Below, piece after piece: positions 23,246 through 36,002 of a stretch of 64,000 nt of DNA. The notes beneath the pieces are model-generated. The model ran no database searches, was not told the DNA's origin, and worked only from the letters and a program-made list of their open reading frames with translations. The stretch is from Elsinoe ampelina (Eukaryota), in assembly GCA_010093995.1 (NCBI GenBank), contig ML992509.1, forward strand, positions 1,015,850 to 1,079,849, written 5' to 3'. Positions within the stretch are counted from its first letter, which is position 1. Each line of letters begins with the position of its first letter. The translations under genes were made by a program, and so were the position numbers.

Positions 23246-23926
23246 ATGCGTTCCTTCATCGTCGTCCTCGCGGCCTTTGCCACTGCCGTAGCGGCTCAAG
23301 GGTACGTTCGCCCCGCCTTCCGGGCTCCACTCCGTCTGGATGCGATCACGACTGACTCCAGATCTACAGACAAGGCCTACCTTCCTGCGCCGGTTCCTGC
23401 GTGACCAGCGATTTCGGAGGATGCGGAGGCTTGAATGTTACTTGCATCTGTTCCAACAAGCCTCTTATCGACGGCCTGGCGTGCTGTGTTTCCACGGCTT
23501 GTGACGCCCAGCAGCAACAGGGTAAGTGAACGTCACGCCTGACCGGCATAAGGCGGCACCACTGACTCCACTTCTCCAGATGTTATCAACTTCGCCAACG
23601 CTCTCTGTGGCAGCAGCGGTGTGACCGACCTGCCTCAGTCTGCTACCTGCGCGTCTGGCACCACCCCTACTGGCTCTGTCGTCCCCGGATCGAGCTCAGC
23701 TTCCGCCTCTGACGCTACCACCACTGGCTCTTCCGCCTCCTCCACCGGTACTGGCAGTGTTAGCCCAAGCAGCACTGGCTCTGCTGCCTCCTCTGCTGCC
23801 TCCTCTGCTGCAAGTGCTGCTACTTCTGCTGCGCCCTCCGCCAGCGCCACTGGCGCTGCAAGCAGGATTGAGGCCGCTGTCTTCGGTGTCGGCGCTTTGG
23901 TCTTTGGTGCTCTCGCTGCTCTTTAA
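23246..23926 (+). CDS. GPI-anchored CFEM-domain cell-surface protein
   Basis: Signal peptide MRSFIVVLAAFATAVAAQ and two introns. CFEM cysteines (LPSCAGSCV...GCGGLNVTCICSN...ACCVSTAC...ALC), S/T/A stalk, hydrophobic GPI tail. Confidence 0.88.
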
Positions 23927-24305
23927 GCAGCGACGGCCTTGTAGATAGGAGGAGAGATGCATTCGATCTGTACTTTAGTTGGTTTCATGGCCTTTCTAGT
24001 TCGAGCACCATAACAAGATTCGACCTTCACTGTCAATTAAACGGAATCAATTGGACATAATACCATATTTGTTCAGCATGCATGCTTGTCATAACCCTCG
24101 CTATCGCTAACGCTTTCAGAACAGAGTAGTCTGTCGTGCTTCTTCTTCTCCCTCTTCCCCGATTGCATAGCAGTTCTGCAAAGCGACTCCATCAGCCACA
24201 TGTTGCGCTACCTGCTTTTGTCCTTGTCATTCCATGCCTCCATGAGTTTGTCTTCATAGAGCCCACGTGATCGTTGTTTTCATGATCCCCATTCCCGCTT
24301 TTCTC

Positions 24306-25292
24306 TCACTCGTCCACTGCGTACAGGTTTTGTGCCAGGATCTTGTTCATCGTAAACATGTGCACCCGGTCCGACTTGAAGACTGCGCGAAGCGGTTCGT
24401 CGCAACGTATTTGACGCTTGTCTGCAGGGTCTTGGAGATCGTGTGCCCTCACGTACTCCCATATCTTCTTGACCGTCTGTGGACGCGACAGCTGGGCTTC
24501 ACCGAGGAGCTCCGCCAGGGGTTGGGAGAGATTCATGAGTTTCTGGTCGTAATGTTAGCAGTGGATAGCGGTCATACGGGAAGAACAGTGACATACATGG
24601 AAGCCACCCTTGCGCTCCTTTGGCTCTTCATCCGCTGATTCCTTGGACGAATCGTCATCGTCTTTGACTTTGGCGGCTGATTTCTTCTTCTTCTTCCCAG
24701 AATTCTTGACTGGGGCACGCTTGCGAGTCGCTCCACCCCTAGTCGGTCTTGCCATCCTGTTCTCCTCCTCCTGTAGGCGCATGGCGAAAGCGGCATCGTC
24801 GTCTTCCACCGTTGTGGCCTTCCTCTTCTTTTTCGGTTTTGGTGAGTCTACCAGGTCGGACAGCTCTGATTCTTCAGAGGGGGCGCTTCGCTTCGGAGGT
24901 GACTTGCGTGGTGGAGAGACTGGGGTCGCGACCTGCTCGATCGACTTGACCACTCCGTTTGTGTGGTGATCCTCTTCAGCGGCAGGCTCGATCGCTGCGG
25001 CGCTTACTGCGTCGAAGCGACGTCCGATGAGTGCATTGATGGCATCCTAGATGGTATCAGCAGTGAATTGCGACAGCAGAAAGAGAGTTTGACTTTGTAT
25101 TCTGTGAGATCTTTTCCGACGTCAACTGCCAACTGCTTTCGAACCTGTTTCGCGGACACGCTGGTCAGGTCACTTTTCTTGAGGATGGCGTCGATGATGG
25201 CGCTGTAAGAGGCATCCTGCTCCGAAGACAGAGCTGCAGGTCTGTCAATCATGGTGAATTACTCGCATTACATTCGACTACTCACAAGCCAT
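24306..25292 (-). CDS. DEK-C + SWIB/MDM2 domain protein (Uaf30/Tri1-like)
   Basis: YSAIIDAILKKSDLTSVSAKQVRK (DEK-C) and RKGGFH|..NLSQPLAELLGE.QLSRPQTVKKIWEYV...LQDPADKRQIRCD...VHMFTMNK (SWIB); three introns. Confidence 0.88.
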
Positions 25293-25745
25293 CTCGCACC
25301 ACCCTCTCGTGTATCCGATTTCGCTCCAAGATCTACCACTAGATCTACCGAATCTATGCGCGCGTAGTAATTGCGGGGAGCAGCGGCCGCGGGAGAAGTG
25401 TTCGGAAAGGAGGTAAGGTAGTTGCAAAAGAAATCTCGTTCAATCAATTGAGAAGAAATTTGAGCACGGAGCAGATATGGTGAGTGAAGTGTAAAGTGCA
25501 TGAGACTGATAGACACCGCCATGTGATCGCCGTGCTCTTGTCGTCAGTCAGGAACCGACCACAGAAGCAACTGACCAGCGATCGTCCACAGGCTTGTTAG
25601 TCTTTCGGACTGCACGGTCCGTGCCGATGTGTGGGTCGGAAATTCTCACACACCTCTGTGCCAAGACTGATATTTGGCGACGCCTTCGTCAACGCGCAGA
25701 ACATCCGTAAGTCGCATCGCTACACACACACACACATCGCCCACC

Positions 25746-28077
25746 ATGGCTCCAAGTTTCGATAATCTACCTGACGATGACAACTTCGACGATGAGGAGA
25801 TTGACTTCTCCGGTGAGCATGGCGAGCAGCGGGGTAAGAACAGGCATAGCTAACACAGTCAGATCTCCATGAACAATACCAGGTACGCATGGAGGAAGGT
25901 CTGGACGCCTTTGTCGTTTGCGATGGACTCCCAGTTGTTCCTGCCGACAGCCGTCCGAAACTCACAAAGTTCATCCTGAAGAGGCTCACATCCGTGGGCT
26001 CCACAGACGAAGAGAGGGTCTTTATGCCAATCGATGAGGATACCAAAATGACTCTGGGATACGCTTTCGTCGAGTATGGATCTTCCGAGGAAGCCGCAGC
26101 TGCAATCAAAGCTCTCAACCTGACTGCCTTGGACAAGAAGCACACCATGAAGGTCAACAGGCTCACTGATATCGAGAGATACGGGCGTGAGGGAAGGATT
26201 GATGAGGAATACCATGAGCCACATATTGAGCCTTTTGCCGAAAAGGAGCATCTGCGTTGGTGGTTGTCCGACACAGACGGAAGAGACCAGTTCGTGGTTT
26301 ACAGAGGAGACAATGTTGGTGTCTACTGGAACGAGCGAGACGAAACCCCGGATCCGATTGTCGATCGACAACACTGGACTGAGTCATTTGTTCAGTGGTC
26401 ACCTCTAGGAACTTATCTCACGTCCATGCACGCTCAGGGTGTGCAATTATGGGGTGGACCATCCTGGACCAGGCAGAAGCGATTCGCCCACCCTGGTGTC
26501 AATCTTGTCGACTATTCCCCCAACGAAGCATACCTCGTCACCTGGTCGCACAAGCCACTTCAAGTTGAGGAGGGCAACCCGTTCCTATCTCTTGAAGAGG
26601 ATGGGAAGAACTACATCATCTGGGATGTCGCGACTGGCAAGCCTCTACGTTCTTTCGCCACACTAGACCAGCCAGGGGGAGGAGTCGACGAGATGGGACA
26701 GCCGATTAAGAAGAAGCTCCAGTGGCCTGCTTTCAAGTGGTCTTGCGACGCCAAATACGTTGCACGTATGAACCCTGGCCAATCCATTTCCATTTACGAA
26801 CTTCCCCGCATGAACCTTCTGGACAAGACATCGGTCAAGATCGAAGGCGTGGTAGACTTTGAGTGGGCACCAGCCAATCCCCAGCGGTACGACAATAAGA
26901 AGTATGAGCAGCTGTTGTGCTTCTGGACGCCCGAATTGGGGTCCAACCCAGCCAAGGTCGCGCTCATGTCAATTCCAACAAAGGAGATTGTCCGTACTCG
27001 GAATCTGTTCAATGTCACAGACGCGAAGCTCCACTGGCAATCAGAGTCTGCATATGTCTGCGTCAAGGTCGATCGTCATAGCAAGTCGAAGAAATCCCTC
27101 GCCACAAACCTCGAAATCTTCCGCGTCAAGGAGAAGGGTGTCCCTGTTGAAGTTATCGACACCATCAAAGACACCGTCATCAACTTTGCCTGGGAACCAA
27201 AGGGTGACCGCTTCGTCCTCATCACAGCCGGCGAAGTCGTCCAAGGCGCCGCCGTCCAGCAACCCAAGACAGCCGTCTCCTTCTTCTGCCCCGAAAAGAG
27301 CAAGACCAACGTGGTCGGCAACTTTCGCCACATTCGCACCATTGACAAAAAGAACAACAACGCCATCCACTGGTCGCCCGCCGGACGATTCGTCCTCGTC
27401 GCCACCGTCCTCAACCAACAATCCTTCGACCTCGACTTCTACGACTTTGACTACGAAGGCGAGCGCGAGGAGAAAGACAAAGACCTCACCGCCAACCTCC
27501 AACATCTCGCCTCCGTAGACCACTACGGCGTGACCGACATTGAATGGGACCCCAGCGGACGCTTCGTCGCCACCAGCGCCTCGGTCTGGAAACACCGCGT
27601 AAGCCTCTCTCCCCCTTCCCCTCCCCTTCCCCTTCCCTCCACCCTACTAACCCCCTCTCCCAGATGGAAAACGGCTACCACCTCTACGACTTCCGCGGCC
27701 TCGTCCTCCGCGAAGAACCCCTCGACGGCTTCAAACAATTCGCCTGGCGCCCGCGGCCCGGCCGCCTCCTCTCCAAAGAAGAACAAAAAACCGTCCGCAA
27801 AAACCTCCGCGAATACAGCAAGCAATTCGACGAACAAGACCTCGCGAGGAAGAACACGGCCAACCGCGCGGTCGTGGAGGAGCGCAGGAGGAAGCTGGAC
27901 GAGTGGAGGGCGTGGAGGGAGAAGACGGAGAGGTTGTTGAGGGAGGACAGGGCGGATTTGGGGCTGCCGGAGAAGAGCGAGGAGGAGGAGGCGGCGGGGC
28001 AGGAGGGCGAGGGGACGAAGGTTGTCGAGGAGATTGTCGAGGAGATTTTGGATGAGACGGAGGAGGTGGTTGCGTGA
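25746..28077 (+). CDS. PRT1: Translation initiation factor 3 subunit B
   Basis: RRM (GYAFVEY), eIF2A-type beta-propeller ([15 protein letters not shown]), [10 protein letters not shown]; introns 25813-25862 and 27599-27663. Confidence 0.96.
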
Positions 28078-28967
28078 GGGAGTGTGATGAAAGGGTTGAG
28101 GTCGTGGGGAGGAGGGGGAGGAGGGGATGGGATGGGGAGGAATCGGGCATGGCATGATACAAATTCGTGAGGAATGAACTCCATCGTTTGTGTCCGGTGT
28201 GTCTGCCTCTGCATCTCAACAGTGTGGCGTTGCCGTGGCGTCTTGGTCGGTCATGTATTACCCAGGTCTCGACACAGGCATCACGGCTCATGTTTGTGTA
28301 CCTCACCTCCTCACACCTACACATATCACAGCATCACTTCCGAAGGTAAACCCAAGATAAGCCTCGTATGTAGATTACCATTATCTAAATGTACAGGCTC
28401 ACCACCCACCTCACCCCCTCACGTTTGCTCTGTCCCGGTTGCCTCCACCCCTTCCATCCACTCCTCTCACCCTCCTCACACTCCGTCCCCACAACTCTCA
28501 CCATTACCACTCCTCCGACCCTTCACCGTCTTCTCAACAAAAGCAACTCGCTCAGCAAGAAAACCCTAATGTTACATGAAAACGTCGGAAACAAGACAGC
28601 AAAATTTTGGTTTTTCCCCCCCTTTCCCATTGTTTTGAATCCAGCCGCCGTGGTGATGCAAGACGTATTGTCTCCCTCTCGAAGAAGCAAAGAGAGTGGA
28701 AAAAGGACTGGTGCTTGAAAAATTCAATCTTGGATAGCAAGTCGTGTAGTGGTATCGTTGGCTCTTTCTGGCAATGCAAAGCAAGTTGAGGGGCGCAAAG
28801 ATGTGCAGTGAAATTGTGTCGATGAAAAAGCAGGATCATGTCGACCCACGCTGTGCGAAGCGCGGACGGTATGTGGTTGTTGGTAGCAAAAAAGCAGTCG
28901 GCGGCGTGATGGTCACTCGTGGCGGTATCGTCTTCGGCATGGTCGCTTTCCGGTCTCGTTCAGACGC

Positions 28968-31900
28968 CTAGTCGTCGAGGCCTTGGTAGAGCTCTGCTAG
29001 CTGAGCGTCCTCCTTCTTGTTGGCGCGTTTGGCACGCATGGCTTCACGCTTCTTGGCAAGTTGAGCCCAGCCAGCGTCGTCGTCCTCATCATCCTGCTTC
29101 TGCGGGCGATTCTGGGTAGTCTTGGTGCCCTTGAGCTTGTCGATGATGCGAATCGTCGACTTCTGCTTGTGCTGCGCTGGAATGGAGGGTGGAGCGTTGC
29201 TGTTGGTTTGAGCATAGGGAGATGGCGAGCGAGGGATCGGAGGAAGATTGTGAGGGTTGAAAGATGTCGAGGTCATGGTCTTGGATCGGCGCTCGTTCGG
29301 ATTGGGATTTCCACCATCGATGATAGACACTGGACGGTAGCGACTTGGCATGCCGATGTTGCTGCGCTCACTTGGGGCGATAGATGGCTGATAGCCTGCA
29401 CCAGGACCATTGGGCTGAAGGTTGAGGCCATAGACGGATCCAGCATATCCTCCTTGAGGTCGTCCGGTCATTGTGTTGGAACGACCACCGTTGTCTGCAC
29501 CCCAATTGCTAGGTGGATGCATCATGGTCATCGATCGACCCTGTCCGGCGAGCGATCCTGGACGAGCATTCGATATTGTCGACACGGGTCGTGATCCACC
29601 AACCATACCGGGCATCCCGTTCATCCCGTTCATTCCGTTCATCCCGTTCATCCCATTCATCCCATTCATCCCGTTCATCCCATTCATTCCGTTCATTCCG
29701 TTCATGGCACCCATGCCGTTCATTCCCATCTGTGGCGTCTGCAAGAATCCGTTGTGGCTTTGCAGTGACTGCATGCTGGGGCTGGGCATAGCCTGGAACG
29801 GAAAGTTCATGGGTGGGGGCATCTGTCCGGTCATTTGACCAGCTTGCATGGCCATCATTTGCTGCATCATTTGCGTCTGCATCTGCATGAGCTGCGCCAT
29901 CTGCTGCTGTGCGCTCGCGTTGGCTTGATCCATAGGTGACATCGGCGAGAAGGGTGGAGTGACAGTGTTCTGAGGATGAAATCCGCCCATGCCCATCTGC
30001 GGATTGCCCAAGCTAGCCATGGAGCTCGTCCGAGCAAAGCCAGGCATGGGCGGGTTGCCTTGGAGGTTGCCGGGAAGAGGAATTGGCCCATAGCCTCCAG
30101 TCACTGGGTTCGGGCTGCCACGACGACCTGCCTTTGCCCTCTCTTCACTGGCAATGACACCTACTAAGCCACCTGGAGGGCCTGCAGACGCATGGGGAGT
30201 TGCCGGTCCACTGTACACCGAACCAGCAGAGTTGAATGCGAGCGCTTCTCTCTGGGCAGGATTTACCAGTGAAGCGCCAAAGTAAGGATCCTGGGGAAGC
30301 TTGCGCGCAAAAGCAGGAAGACCACCGGCACCGGGCATGGAGAAGTTTGGCGTCTGACCTTGTGTGGGTGGTCGATTCTTGTTGGGAAAGCCATGAGCCG
30401 CAAGAATGGCCAGTGGTGTATCCTCATCCTCCTCAGAGCCCGCCGGCTCGGCCGGTGAGACGCTACCACTGCTGGTCGCGACGCCAGGCGCCAGAGTCGA
30501 CATGCTTGATCGCTCAAGAGGAGGGCGACCAGCTTGCGACGGCAGATCAGAAATGTTGCTACCACCCGCAGTCACCTTCTTCATCTGCTGACGGTAGACG
30601 GACATGCTTGCTTCCTGGCGGCGGCGTTGTGCCTTTATCTTCTCCGCTTGCTCTTGATCAGACTCATCGTCAAACTCGTCGACGTCCGATTCATCGCTCT
30701 TCGACGCCGCGTCGTTGACGGGAGCACGGTTCTGTGCCTTCTTCATCTTGTTATACTCTGCTGCCGAGAGCTTCTTCGGGGTGGTAGAAGGGAGAACTCG
30801 TTGTTTGGTGGGGCTGATAATGCTGCTCTCGGGTCCTGCAGGTGAACTGCCATACAAATATCCTACGTCAGACTCGATGATTGACTTCCTTGCTCTTGGT
30901 GTCCTGTCCGCGGCGTCATCATCATAGGACGGTGTATCCCGCGACGCTACGACAGTGTCCGTGTCCTTGCTGCTCAAACGATCCTGGCTGTGATTCTCCG
31001 CGATGACCTTTCGCAGACCGAGACGCGATGGTGTGCGAGCCTCACCATCTGCTGCGGGGCTGGGACGGCGTTCAGAGGCCCAAGCAAGGCGTTCGCGCGA
31101 ACCGCTCTTGTGAACACCAACATCTTCTCCGCCGGGACTGACATCGCGCTGCGACTGTGCGCTGAGGAAGCCAGAATTGCTGGTTGGTGAATCTCTTGGG
31201 TCCCGAAGGTCAGGGGAAGCATAGCGATTGGGGACTGCCTCGTATCCGCGAATGGCGGCCATGCTAGTGAGGGCAGCTGCGCCGGTGGGTTTCGCACCAG
31301 TTGGGAAGAGCTCCGAGTTTGGAGAATTGACTTCTGATGAATCGGAGATGAGATGATCGTTGGAAACATGGCTGCTTCGGTCCCATGAGAAGCGGCGTTC
31401 GTCGTGCTGCGGTCTGCCGAGATGTGTCGGAGACGGAGAACCACCTATACGTGAGGATGTACGAGGCGGGAACAGGGGCTCATCATCGTCCTTCTCCTGC
31501 ACGGTATCCACTGGACTTGCAGGGAAATTTTTCTCTCCGGACTTGACCTTCTTGACGGTTTGCGGGAGTGGTGGTAGGGGCGGCACATCGTTCCTTCTGC
31601 TCATACCGTCAAACATATTACCAAAATCACCACCGAAATCGGTCTGTCCGATTGAAGAGTCGAGTTGTGGTGGCCTGGCAGTGCTGGCATAACTGCTGGT
31701 GGTCATGGCTCTTTCTCTCTGCGATTCGTCGCTGTGTGGGCGGGTCAAGGTTGGCACTGGGCCTGCGCTATGCTCGTTATAGGGCACTGCGAGTTGTGGT
31801 GAGCTTAACGAATTTCTTGATTTGCTCAAGCCGAAAGAGAGCGCTCGCCCGGCTCTGGCTGTGAATGAATGTTGGGGTGGTTCTGGTGTACCTGTGATGG

Positions 31901-32354
31901 GTGCTGTCCTGTTCTTCTTGATTGGGAAGAGTTCTCCCTCTGGGTCGTCGAGAGATGAGGGCAGGGTAGAGGATGATGAGTGCCTGGCAGACGAGCCGGA
32001 TGTGTCGTAGTAGTTACTCCCAGCAGAGTTTGTGGTGGCACCACTGCCCCTGCCAGGTATCAGAATAGGTGTGTGACGAATATACTGTTTCCCTCCATAC
32101 CTGTTGAGGTTGTATCCCAAATTATCGGCCGACTTTACAGCGGGATGTTGCAGGGGGTATGCCCCTGGTCTGCCTGGGATGAAGGTAGAGGCTCTGTGAC
32201 GAGGATCTGGCCTTTCCGCCTTTTCCGGTCGCTGGAAGACCTTGAATGTCGAACCGCCTTCCGAGACGACGACTGGTTGTGGTTCCGACTGCTGGAGGTC
32301 GAGTGCGTTCCCTGAAGACTTGCGGCGGAAATTCTTGAGGAGATTACGAGACAT
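28968..32354 (-). CDS. Large low-complexity conserved fungal protein, function unknown
   Basis: Long ORF starting MSRNLLKNFRRKSSGNAL. Conserved-looking blocks QEASMSVYRQQMKKV, EDEDTPLAILAAHGFP and PSIAPSERSNIGMPSRYRPVS. Probable in-frame intron 32100-32050. Confidence 0.8.
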   Translation of the reverse strand: MSRNLLKNFRRKSSGNALDLQQSEPQPVVVSEGGSTFKVFQRPEKAERPDPRHRASTFIPGRPGAYPLQHPAVKSADNLGYNLNRYGGKQYIRHTPILIPGRGSGATTNSAGSNYYDTSGSSARHSSSSTLPSSLDDPEGELFPIKKNRTAPITGTPEPPQHSFTARAGRALSFGLSKSRNSLSSPQLAVPYNEHSAGPVPTLTRPHSDESQRERAMTTSSYASTARPPQLDSSIGQTDFGGDFGNMFDGMSRRNDVPPLPPLPQTVKKVKSGEKNFPASPVDTVQEKDDDEPLFPPRTSSRIGGSPSPTHLGRPQHDERRFSWDRSSHVSNDHLISDSSEVNSPNSELFPTGAKPTGAAALTSMAAIRGYEAVPNRYASPDLRDPRDSPTSNSGFLSAQSQRDVSPGGEDVGVHKSGSRERLAWASERRPSPAADGEARTPSRLGLRKVIAENHSQDRLSSKDTDTVVASRDTPSYDDDAADRTPRARKSIIESDVGYLYGSSPAGPESSIISPTKQRVLPSTTPKKLSAAEYNKMKKAQNRAPVNDAASKSDESDVDEFDDESDQEQAEKIKAQRRRQEASMSVYRQQMKKVTAGGSNISDLPSQAGRPPLERSSMSTLAPGVATSSGSVSPAEPAGSEEDEDTPLAILAAHGFPNKNRPPTQGQTPNFSMPGAGGLPAFARKLPQDPYFGASLVNPAQREALAFNSAGSVYSGPATPHASAGPPGGLVGVIASEERAKAGRRGSPNPVTGGYGPIPLPGNLQGNPPMPGFARTSSMASLGNPQMGMGGFHPQNTVTPPFSPMSPMDQANASAQQQMAQLMQMQTQMMQQMMAMQAGQMTGQMPPPMNFPFQAMPSPSMQSLQSHNGFLQTPQMGMNGMGAMNGMNGMNGMNGMNGMNGMNGMNGMNGMNGMPGMVGGSRPVSTISNARPGSLAGQGRSMTMMHPPSNWGADNGGRSNTMTGRPQGGYAGSVYGLNLQPNGPGAGYQPSIAPSERSNIGMPSRYRPVSIIDGGNPNPNERRSKTMTSTSFNPHNLPPIPRSPSPYAQTNSNAPPSIPAQHKQKSTIRIIDKLKGTKTTQNRPQKQDDEDDDAGWAQLAKKREAMRAKRANKKEDAQLAELYQGLDD
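29613..29705 (-). repeat. Coding 9-bp tandem repeat x10 (MNG)n
   Basis: catcccgtt/cattccgtt/catcccatt units encoding MNGMNG... Confidence 0.9.
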
Positions 32355-34670
32355 TATTGTGAAGTCGGGCAGCGAGCCCCGGTGAGAGGAGCGCACGACA
32401 GGAGTGGTAGAATCCTAGCAAGGCGTGTTTTGCGAAGCCAGCAACGAGTGCCTAGCAAAGGGAGGACGTTGAGGACTTCTGCGGTTGAATCGAAACGGAC
32501 GGACGAGTGATTGTGAACGAGCGTACGAAGAGGACAAACAGCCGGTGAATTCTGTGATTACAGCCGTCAGTAACGATTTTGCGACTCGAAATCAATCGTG
32601 ACGGCAATAGAGCATTGCAGTCAGCAGCCAGCAAGCAGCGAACAAGCAACAGAACGAGCGGGTGAGCGAAGGTGAGGATGTTGAAAATGATCAATCTGCG
32701 ACAGATGAGGCTGGTGTCGGCGCTGGGGTTTGGCCCTTTGGATTTCCGCCCCAAGTTAAGTTATTAACACTCGACGGCCAGAAATGCCTGCCAAGCCCGG
32801 CACGAGGAAGGAGCGCTACCTTCTTCCGGGGACGAACGAGGGAATGGGGAGAAGACTCACAATGACCACAATGCTGCTTCTGAAGATAGTAAAAACCGGT
32901 AATTCCTGTATAACGAAACTTTTGAGAGAGTCTACAAGACACAGCTCTCCACGATTTTACGTCGAAGAAGCTGGTGGGAGGGACAGAAGACGAGCAGTCT
33001 GCAGCATCTCGATATGGACTAGTGTCTCTGAACTAACAGAGGGCCACCGCGGGACCTGAGAAAAGAAGAAGCTCGAGCGCCGCGGGTTTGGCTCGAGATT
33101 TTTTTAAATAATGCCCTCCCCTGCCGTCATCTCCGACCAGAGAAAATGGTATGAAGGACTGCGAGTGTGACTATCACAGGACTTGTCGGATGAATATACG
33201 AGTCTTGCAATGCACCTCAATCATCAAACCGCGTAGCTAACAAAAGTATTACTTCGAATACAGCACGACTTCAAAATGAGAGCTGTTTGTGGTGAGACCT
33301 GTGAAGGAACAGGCGCTGTCGAATCGCGATCCAGCAACCGTCACTTCCGACAACACTCCCATGGCACGGCCTCCCCATTGGTCCAAGAATATCTCAATAG
33401 ATTCGCCAGGCACAAGATGAAGGACCAGGAAGGACCAGCACGCCAGAGCGTCGCCGGTCAGCAAGCACTGTCCAGGTCGCTTGGGGGCTTACACCCCTCT
33501 GATATTGTTCTCCGCTCCAATAGTTCAAACACGGTGCAAATCCATCTCGAGTCTCTGTGCTTGTCTGTAAATTCTCTGTCTCTGACTCTGTCTTCGCATG
33601 AGACCATACTTCCGGCACCGTTCACCCTCCCGAGCCTGACGGACGACTAAATACTGTCGATCTTCCCGTGGTCCACCACGCGACTATCATCGCATCAGCA
33701 TGAGACACAGTCGACGATATTTTCTTCAGAAGCGGCACGGAATCCAACAGGAATGACGAGAGAAGGCTGAGTCGCCGCAGTCTGGTCCACGATGCATGGC
33801 TGGTGCCACTCTATCCGCATACGGAGGCGCCCTGCCCACTTCGTGAACTGTCGATCAATGCTAAGCTTTTGCGCTGGGGAATTTACGAGCATTTCCAAGC
33901 CATAATGCGCATTGCATCCAAAAGTCTGTCTGCTTCTCACATTTGCAATCTCCAGATGCGGATACAGCGTCCCTATTTCGTGGTATGGGTCCGAGCACGC
34001 CGCGGTGCGTGGCGGCGAACTACTGTCAAACCCGTGCTGTCAACTACCACTGTCTTCCGTACCAGAGAAAAACCTGCAACGAGGAAGAGTCCTGGTTCTC
34101 AGGCCTTGGAAAGAAGGTGGTACCTGATCGACCGGCAACGACCCCTCTTTTGTGCTCCCAACCTCTTCGCGACACGAGATCCTTCGTACTTCTGACTGGT
34201 GCGCCGCCGACGCCGCAGTTGCTGCCTACCGGGTCATGCAGTTGAGATGCATGCCGAGCTGGCGATTCAGCTGAAAATCCATCTTCGGAATGAAGCTGTA
34301 GCAAAAGACTATCAAGCATGTGAAGGAAGACTGCAGACCCACCGATCACGGCAGGATCGCCGCACACTCGTCCAACCCGAAGATGCTTTTTGGCCAATCC
34401 CAGCGCTTGCTTGTCCCCGCTGTCGCTGCGAGCGGGGTGCGCCATCTGATGCCATTTCGTCGGCTCACCATCTGCTGCAGCATTCATCTACAGCGTCAAC
34501 CGTTGCAACAAAGAAACATCCCTCATCATTCATACTGGAAACTGCTGACAGCCTTACAAGCTCTCATGTGTCTTTGAGCTGCCTCTTATCCTTGCCAGCT
34601 CCCCTCTGTCCCGAGCTGCGTAACGAGACGATCCTGACCCCACCGCGCCCAACAGGGTAATTCGTCAACC

Positions 34671-35626
34671 ATGAGCATCAAATCTCAAGCCCAGACAGGT
34701 TTTGCCAAAGCCGCCGACTACGATGCCCATCGACCATCCTTCCCTGCCGAAAGTGTCGACATTCTGCTCGAGAATGTGCGACTGCTCGGTAACAAGGGTG
34801 CAACAGTAATTGACCTCGCAGCCGGCACGGGCAAGTTTACCGAGATCCTGGCGAAGCGTGAAGAAGGGTTCAAGATCATCGCCATTGAGCCGCACGATGA
34901 CATGCGTGCTGTTCTGGAGAAGAAGAACCTTCCCGGGGTGCAGGTCCTCAAGGGTCTGTCCACTGGAATGCCAGTCCCGGACGAATCTGTCGATGCTGTG
35001 ATAGCCGCTCAGGTATGCCACACAGCTGAGCCTATCGTAGGTACCTAGGCTAAGTATCCTCCCATAGGCATGGCATTGGTTTGCAAACCACGAGTCATTG
35101 AAGGAAATCCACCGCGTGCTTCAGATGCATGGAGCATACGGCATGATTTGGAATATTGAAGATTGTACAGTCATCACTTGTACCAGCACGGAGATCAATG
35201 CTGACACCCCAAGACAATGCTCCCAAGGATCACAAAGCCGCGACCCAATGGGAACAAGTCATGCAAGACTTCATCTGGACACTGGACGACAACTCGCCAC
35301 GCTACCGACACATGCAGTGGCGCAGCATCTTCGACGAGCAGCTCAAGTCCAATCCACTGTCCATCACCACCTCAGCCCAACCACTCTTCTCTTTGCCCAT
35401 TGGCGGTCACGAAGAACGATGGGAAGTCTGGCTCAACAAAGACAGGGTATGGGATCGACTCAACACGCTTAGTCAGGTTTCAGTGCTGGAGGGCAAGGAG
35501 AGGGAGGATGCCGTCAAACTCTTCAGGGATGCCATTGACAAGCCCGAGACCGAGGTGAATGAGAAAGGGGAGGTGGCCGTTCATGGTGGGACGTACGCGC
35601 ATTGGACGACGAAGATACCTGCATAG
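34671..35626 (+). CDS. Class I SAM-dependent methyltransferase
   Basis: YDAHRPSFP, VIDLAAGTGKFT, AIEPHDDM, SVDAVIAAQ|AWHWF, EIHRVL...GMIWN; two introns. Confidence 0.9.
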
Positions 35627-36002
35627 AACTGTGAGAGTTCCGACTATGATGGGTTCGATAAGACTTGATAGCGATCCATAGTTCGCAGTCGATATATGAC
35701 AATTGATCCACGTGTGATCCCTAGCATCGTCGACCTACTCGCCGAACGCTTCACCCACATCCATGGCTTTGACGGCTGATCTGCGGTGCCCTTGGTAAAT
35801 GGCCCATGACCGTGAATCAATCTGCTTCGTGATACGGCATTTGAAACCGTATATCTGAAGCATGTAGCAGGTCGCTCGTCCGGGCGATGACTTTAGCGTA
35901 AACCCAAGTCTTGTGGCGACTACTGCTCCGATTTGAAGCCGGAACTGTATGCCTCTCATCTCATATCAGGACAGCCATGGCGATTGTGTCCACTCCCGCT
36001 GC

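Noticed and set aside
32400..34660. Short ORFs in intergenic stretches (also 16.6-18.6, 47.6-48.9 and 57.8-59.2 kb)
   Set aside because: No recognisable motifs or coherent splice structure; small spliced genes cannot be fully excluded.
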